Shown: positions 57,046-64,000 of the stretch, piece after piece
Numbering within the stretch: position 1 is the stretch's first letter
How the letters are laid out: each line of letters starts with the position of its first letter
Assembly (NCBI GenBank): GCA_951406725.2
Contig: OX597827.1
Location: 27,466,001 to 27,530,000 of the forward strand
Direction of reading: 5' to 3'
Length of the DNA: 64,000 nt
Source: Octopus vulgaris
Taxonomy: Eukaryota
Notes under the pieces: model-generated
The model's database searches: none
What the model was told of the DNA's origin: nothing
The model's input: the letters and a program-made list of their open reading frames with translations, nothing else
Program-made: the position numbers and the translations under genes

Positions 57046-57090
57046 GCTACTACTACTACTTCTGCTGCTCCTGCTGCTGCTGCTGCTGCC
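56935..57090. repeat. (GCT)n-(CCT)n-(ACT)n-(GCT)n compound microsatellite
   Basis: Directly visible. Confidence 0.95.
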
Positions 57091-57259
57091 ACTTAGTGAA
57101 CCTATTTTACAGATATGTAAACAGCTATTTTCATAGTAAATCAGCTACTGATAGAAACTTTGTAATCTTACGGGGAGACATGGATTATATAATAAACCTC
57201 GATGACAAAAGTGCAGAACTGTGCTAAAATTTAGTACCAGTTCAAATAACTGCAAATGG

Positions 57260-57622
57260 ACAGGAGTGGCTGTGTAGTAAGTATCTTGCTTACCAACAAC
57301 ATGGTTCCGGGTTCAATCCCACTGTGTGGCGCCTTAGGCAGACTCGGAGCGACCAAAGCATTGTGAGTGGATTTAGTAGAGGGAAACTGAAAAAAGTCCG
57401 TCGTATATATAAATATATATGTATATGTTTCTGTGTTTGTGTTTGACTCCCACCATCACTTGACAACCGATGTTGGTGTGTTTACGTTTCCGTAAATACA
57501 CCGATAGAATAAGTACTAAGCTTACAAGGAATACGTTCTGGGGTCGATTTGTTCGACTAAAGGCGGTGTTCCAGCATGGCTGCAGCCGAATGACTGAAAC
57601 AAATTAAAGGATAAAAGAAAAG

Positions 57623-57625
<3 letters not shown>
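57260..57625 (+). mobile_element. Full-length SINE family 1
   Basis: Head caggagtggctgtgtagtaag...gggttcaatccc, with 3' body and tail. Confidence 0.85.
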
Positions 57626-57689
<64 letters not shown>

Positions 57690-57692
<3 letters not shown>

Positions 57693-57900
57693 AATCCCCA
57701 AAAAACGAAGAACATATACTAGAAAAAACAACAACGAGAGGACGTAGTACATGCAAAGTATTAGCAGACGCTCAGGGGAGAAAAGAAAGGTGGCTTTACG
57801 TTTCGAGCAAAGCTCTTCGTGGGAAACAGGAGACGGAGGAAAGTCCAAGATAAAAGGAAGGCGGAGGGAAAAAATCGACAACGATCCACATGCGGTGGCA
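57690..57900 (-). mobile_element. Penelope-like pLTR fragment with decayed minimal hammerhead
   Basis: Minus strand: cccacga-a-gagc ttt gctc-GAAA-cg-TA at 57796-57825. Abuts (TA)n. A related fragment lies near 1750-1830. Confidence 0.5.
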
Positions 57901-57907
57901 TCTAAAT

Positions 57908-57993
57908 CGCTGACAGCCGTTTCAGTATAACTTCATTCAATGTAGTTGTAATAGATTACATAACATTAATGAATTCCACCATCTTCAGACATA
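57908..57993 (-). ncRNA. Type I hammerhead motif with long stem II
   Basis: Minus strand: CTGAAGA-tggtggaattcattaatg..tgtaat ct attaca..cattgaatgaagttatact-GAAA-cggctg-TC. Stem I is weak. Confidence 0.5.
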
Positions 57994-58525
57994 CTTTTAA
58001 CAGTCGACAAGGGACATGAGCTATTAGACTACGTCCCTGGTTGAATGTTTATATTATGCCTGATGATGGCGTAATTGATGAACAGTAAGTAATTTTTACG
58101 AATGCATTCGAAGAAATTTCTACTAAAACAACCATCGATAATTTCGGACGTAATTCATGTTACGCTGCATCCAGGATCCACCGAGGAGTCGGAGAGTTGG
58201 TGATTAATTGGAATTTGGCATTCCTATAACTACACCATCCTGTCGGCACTTGATGTCTACAATGTTGTATTCACCACCAGCTCTATGTAATTATAACTAG
58301 CTATTTTCTGGCGTCTTACATGCTGACTTACATGCCTCGATTCTTAATAAATTCTTATAACTGCACACACACACACATATATTATACATACATACATACA
58401 TATATCTATCTAGCTATATATATACTTATATATATATATATCATACGTATTTTTGTATATATATTATGTGTGTATGTATTATTTTATGTATCTATCTATC
58501 AATCAATCAATCCATCTATCAATCA

Positions 58526-58573
<48 letters not shown>

Positions 58574-58631
58574 CCCAGTCTGTCTATCTATCTGTCAGTC
58601 TATCTTCCTATCTGTCTATCTGTCTCTCTCT

Positions 58632-58668
<37 letters not shown>

Positions 58669-59020
58669 CATACATACACACACACGTGCACACATATAGT
58701 CTCTCATGACTATGTATGTGTGTATTTATACATATATACACGCATATGTATGTGTATATACCTTCCAACTTTTTTGCTTAAACCCAAAAAATCGATCCCA
58801 CCATGGTTGCGATCAAAGGACTTGAAGAGTTAATATCGAACTCATTTGAAAAGAGTGACTCGAACTTGATTTCAAGTGCGAAGAATCTTTCTGGAGTCTA
58901 TCAGGTATCAGGCAAGGCTTGTGTTATTGATTCAATGTGATCGATGAAAAGAAAAATAGAAAGAAACAAAATCATCGCTACGTGATCAATGTTAACCTTA
59001 ACGTCAGCATTATTTGTAAG

Positions 59021-59257
<237 letters not shown>

Positions 59258-59569
59258 CAATTAAGGACAACTACTTAATAAGGAAAACTTAACAAGAAAT
59301 TGTCAGGTAGATAGCGTAAGAACCTCATAAGAGAAAAAATTTCGAAAATAATTATTTCTTATTGAACATATTAATTTATATATAGAGGGCATTATATACT
59401 TGCCAGAAGGCATTATACATACATGCCAAACGCTAAGAGGGACAATTAGTCATTTCTACCAAAAATATTACTAATCCTACCGAATGCAATTTTTCAAAGT
59501 AAGACATTTAAAAAATATATAGACCTGTATCACAGTGATTTCATACTTACGTACTTATATATATATATA

Positions 59570-59648
<79 letters not shown>

Positions 59649-59921
59649 TTCAGTAAGGAGAGCAGCCAGAAATATTCGATAAATATGTAAACAAACGCGC
59701 GCTCGCATGCATACGCACACACACGTATACACATGCGCGCGCGTACACACACGCACGTATACATACACACAAACACACGCGTACACACACATACATACAT
59801 ACACGCACGCACAGATGCACGTACACATACATACACATGTATTATCAATGCATGTACATTGCATACCTTGTTTTATATCTAACTATCGATTGTTCGATCG
59901 ATCGATCGATCTGTTATATAT

Positions 59922-60205
59922 AGTGAAGGCACGTGACTTAGTGGTTAGGGTAATCGACTGTCGGTCGTAAGGCCGTCAGTTCAATTCCTGGCAGCGCATT
60001 GCGTCTCCTTGCGCAAGACACCATTTTATTTCCCGTCACGCCAGCCTCGTCACGTTCTGTGTATCACGCTGAATCTCTTCGAGAACTAGGTTAAGGTCAC
60101 ACATGACTGTAGAGTACTCAGCCACTTACACGTTAACGTCAAGAACAGACTGGTTGGTCTGATCAACTGGAACACTCGTCGTCGAAGCCGACGGAGTACC
60201 AGTTT
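59922..60205 (+). mobile_element. tRNA-derived SINE (family 3)
   Basis: gtgaaggcacgtgacttagtggttaggg...cagttcaattcc. Confidence 0.75.
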
Positions 60206-60216
60206 TCTTTTTATGT

Positions 60217-60270
<54 letters not shown>

Positions 60271-60301
60271 GTGTGTGTGTGTTTGTGTGTGTGTGTTTCT
60301 A

Positions 60302-60360
60302 TCTAATATAATAAATGCGAAAACTAATTTCTGCGTGTCAGTGTATCACACTCTGAGCCC
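60302..60360 (+). mobile_element. Possible Helitron 5' end
   Basis: A|TCTAATATAATAAAT..gtcagtgt(a/g)tcacact is shared with 63827. A TC start after host A is Helitron-like. The 3' hairpin and CTRR end were not confirmed. Confidence 0.4.
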
Positions 60361-60667
60361 CTCTCTCACTATCCAATGACACTTCTCCTATTCCTCATGC
60401 TGAGGTGAAAGTAATAGTAGGCATAGAGATTGTGAGGGCTGTGGCGAAGACAGAGAAAGAGGGAGAGAGAAATTAAAAGAGAGGGAGAGAAAGAGAGACA
60501 AAGAAATTTAGGAAGAGCTGATGATGTTTTATTAAAAGTAGTAGTGTTGGTGGTGGCAGTGGGAGTAATAATAAGAGAGAGAGAGAGAGAGAGAGAGAAA
60601 GAAAGAGAGAGAGAGAGTGTGTGGGTAGGTGAAAGAAAGAGGGAGTTTATGTACAACTGTGTTTAAT

Positions 60668-61487
60668 CATTTGGAAGTGGTCTAACGATTGGGACCTGTG
60701 TCTGAACGTGTCAAAGTGCTGTCATCTGCCTGTCGGCTTTACTCCTGCAACTCAACTTGATTTCGAGCCGGGTCGTCTGCTGCTGGAGAGGACCGATCAG
60801 GTAAAGGACCTGGGTATCTTGGTGGATTCCTCCTTTTCGCCTTCGGCCCAGTGCGTCCATGCTGCCAACAAAGCGCGCGGAATTCTGTTTTTGATTCGAC
60901 GGTCATTCGGAATGCTCACAGCAGCCATATTCCTGCCACTCTATGTCACGCTGGTGAGACCCATATTGGAGTATGGGATTCAAGCCTCTTCTCCTTATCT
61001 CCTCAAAGACATACAGCACCTCGAAAGAGTCCAGAGGCTGGCTACCCGCATGGTTCATGGTCTCAAAAATGTGTCCTACGAAGAAAGGCTGAGGACGCTC
61101 GACCTTTGTTCTCTTGAAAAACGCCGCCGCCGTGGTGATCTCATTCTCGCCCACAACATCATAAGCGGGAAGTGTAACCTCTCGAAAGAGCTGTTCTTCA
61201 CTCCTGCTCCGGAGCGTCGGCTGCGGGGTCATTCCGAAAAGCTCTACCTGCGACGATTTCATCTCAATCGAAGGAGAGGAGCTTTCTCCGTCCGGGTTGC
61301 GGATCCGTGGAACAAGCTGCCAGACGAGATGGTGAAGATGCCGACGACCGCTTTGTTCAAAGCCTCCCTGGACCTCAAGTGGCCTGAACTCTTTACATGA
61401 ACACCACCCTGTACTTAACTCCATGTCCCCCTACATGGCTTTGCTATTTGCTTTTGAGCCAATTAACTAACTAACTAACTAACTAAC
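60668..61487 (+). mobile_element. CR1-group LINE 3' fragment with (CTAA)n tail
   Basis: ORF 60708-61400: KDLGILVD, LYVTLVRPILEY, LERVQRLATR, SYEERL..LEKRRRRGDLI, LRGH, WNKLP. Short 3' UTR, then taactaactaac. Confidence 0.88.
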
Positions 61488-61607
61488 ATGTCTCCTTGGC
61501 AGAAATTCCTGTCGTCAACATACTGAACACTTTTAGACACACACATCTAGCCTTGTGCCTTTATGTTTTTTGTTTTATATTTTGCTTTCTTTAATCATAT
61601 ATATATA

Positions 61608-63358
61608 TGGCTCCGGGAAAAGACGGCATCCCCTCAGAGATCATCAAAGCCGGCAAAAACACCATCCTGCTTCGGCACCTTCATGAGCTTCTGTGTCAGT
61701 GCTGGGAAGAGGGTACAGTCCCTCAGGATATGCGGGATGCTAACAGCATTACGCTTTACAAAAACAAAGGTGACCGTGGTGATTGTAACAATTACCGTGG
61801 AATATCTCTTCTAAGCACTGTTGGAAAGATCTTTGCTCGCGTTATCCTGGCCAGGCTACAACTACTTGCTTCTCAAATCTATACGGAATCGCAGTGTGGC
61901 TTTAGAAGAAGCAGATCAACTATTGATATGATATTCTCCATACGCCAACTTCAGGAGAAGTCCAGAGAGCAGAAAATGCCATTATATATGGCCTTCATTG
62001 ATCTAACAAAGACCTTTGACTCGGTAAGTAGAAACGGCCTCTTCATCCTGCTCCAAAAAATCGGATGTCCACCAAAGCTGCTGAGGATCATCAAGTCTTT
62101 CCATGACAATATGCAAGGCACCATACAGTACAATGGTTCAACATCAGCCTTCCAAATAAAAAAACGGGGTAAAACAAGGTTGTGTCCTCGCTCCTACATT
62201 ATTTGGCATTTTCTTCTCGCTCTTGCTCTCACATGCCTTTCAGACATCAGATGATGGAGTGTTTCTGCACTGTAGAAGTGACAGGAAACTGTTCAATCTC
62301 TCGCGCCTGCGTGCCAAGACCAAAATCAGAAACGTCCTGATTAAGGAGATGCTATTTACTGATGATGCCGCTCTGGTATCACACACAGAAGAAGCCCTCC
62401 AAAGACTCATTAACTGTTTTGAGCAAGCATGTGACGACTTTGGCTTAGCTAACAGCCTTAAGAAGACCAACATCATGGGTCAGGCTACATCGGACATCCC
62501 AAACATACATATTGGAGACCACAGATTACAGGAGGTGGAGAAGTTTACCTATCTTGGCTCTATCGTCACCTATAACCTATCCCTTGACGCCGAGCTCAAT
62601 ATACGCATTGGCAAGGCAGCTGCTGTGATGGCCCAACTCTCCAAACGGGCATGAGACAACAATAAGCTGACCAAGACCACGAAAATGAAGATCTACCAGG
62701 CATGTGCACTTAGCACTCTACTGTATGGAAGTGAGACTTGGACGCTATACACACGCCAAGAGCGTCGCCTAAACATCTTTCACCTGCGCTGCCTCCGGAA
62801 AATCCTCCGCATCAAATGGCAGAATCATATCCCCAACAAAGATGTCCTCAAGCAAGCAGGAATACCAAGCATGTTTGCACTCCTCACACAAAGACGTATG
62901 AGATGGCTCGGGCATGTTAGCCGTATGAAAGATGGCAGAATCCCCAAGGACATACTCTACGGAGAGCTTGCTAGGGGTACTAGGTCTGTGGGTAGACCGT
63001 TCTTACGTTACAAGGATGTTTGCAAAAGGGACATGAAGGCCTGCAACATCAATATTAGCGGTTGGGAAGCAATTGCCAGCAACCGTGGAGATTGGCGACG
63101 TACCGCAAAAGAGGGAATACAAAGAAGTGACAGAGAGAGAGAGGAGAAATGGAAAGACAAGAAAAGACGTCAACAAGAAACTATGACACTACAACCAGCC
63201 AGGAACAGTCTTCGCTACATTTGCGGTACCTGCGAGAGGGAGTGTTTGTCCAGGATAGGACTACAGCAGGAAATGTATCAGGACATGAAATGTAAAAGGC
63301 CGGACTGGACTATTTTTTGCGCAACTCCATTGTCTCCCGAGACAAAAAGGATGCCAAT
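61608..63358 (+). mobile_element. 5'-truncated RTE-clade LINE (RT domain), disrupted
   Basis: APGKDGIP, NYRGISLLS, ESQCGFR, FIDLTKTFDSV, GVKQGCVLAP, LFTDD, FTYLGS, LLYGSETW, RWLGHV. Frameshift near 62160 and stop at 62652. Flanked by (TA)n. Confidence 0.9.
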
Positions 63359-63420
<62 letters not shown>

Positions 63421-63427
<7 letters not shown>

Positions 63428-63720
63428 ATCACGTGACCGACCAGACCATCAGACGTTGTTACACATCGCTAGTCACAATGCGTTCGCATTGTTTTAGCCT
63501 CTGAATGATGCCACCCCGCTGGCTAAGCGAGCAGGCCAACAGAAGAAAGAGTGAGAGAAAGAGTACAGCAAGGATCACCACCCTCTGTCGGAGCCTCGTG
63601 GAGCTTTTTAGGTGTTTTCGCTCAATAAACACTCACAACGCCCGGTCTGGGAATCGAAACCACGATCCTACGACCGTGAGTCCGCTGCCCACTGGACCAT
63701 TGCCCACTGGCCATTGCGCC

Positions 63721-63722
<2 letters not shown>
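63421..63722 (-). mobile_element. tRNA-derived SINE (family 4)
   Basis: Minus strand: ggcgcaatggccagtgg...gtcgtaggatcgtggtttcgattcccagaccgggc. Lies within (TA)n. Confidence 0.8.
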
Positions 63723-63787
<65 letters not shown>

Positions 63788-63826
63788 CACTTGAATTGAA
63801 ATTAAGTTTCCCGAAAATTAAACATA

Positions 63827-64000
63827 TCTAATATAATAAATAATGTGAATGTCAGTGTGTCACACTTTTTCAACTTTACTCCTAGATGCCATAGCCCAGC
63901 ACATCATACCATTTTGGAATCAAGCTGACTTCATGAGTGAATTAAAACATTCTGAGCCGAATCCGGACCCACAATCCTGACATTTCGGATTCTCAAATTT
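63827..64000 (+). mobile_element. Possible Helitron 5' end, runs off the window
   Basis: A|TCTAATATAATAAAT start shared with 60302. Confidence 0.4.

Noticed and set aside
60903-61424. 173-aa minus-strand ORF and other ORFs overlapping LINE fragments
   Set aside because: These are antisense or alternative-frame shadows of LINE coding sequence.

Overview
This is eukaryotic, AT-rich, extremely microsatellite-dense DNA. Its SINE families and repeat landscape look like a coleoid cephalopod, probably Octopus (inferred from recognised repeat types, not from a search). Almost all ORFs in the supplied track are translations of simple repeats. The only convincing host coding sequence is one exon at 41336-41647 (+), encoding an N-terminal C3HC4 RING finger of TRIM type. 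The rest is mobile-element debris: R4/Dong-like restriction-like-endonuclease (RLE) LINE fragments sitting in (TAA)n tracts, a Tx1/L1 fragment in (TATC)n, RTE and CR1-group fragments, several tRNA-derived SINE families, possible Helitron ends and a foldback-like DNA transposon. The most interesting signal is invisible to the ORF track: more than ten sequence-distinct type I hammerhead-ribozyme motifs (CTGANGA...GAAA...TH), some intact and some decayed. They lie in short non-coding units, often fold-back inverted repeats next to (TA)n tracts, that resemble Penelope-like pLTRs or retrozymes, and several have unusually long AT-rich stem II arms. Other notable items are a poly-Glu (GAA)n tract carried inside a LINE ORF, a probable gene-conversion tract between two LINE copies 21 kb apart, and a 48-bp locally templated insertion. 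Element boundaries were read by eye and are approximate unless a motif is quoted.
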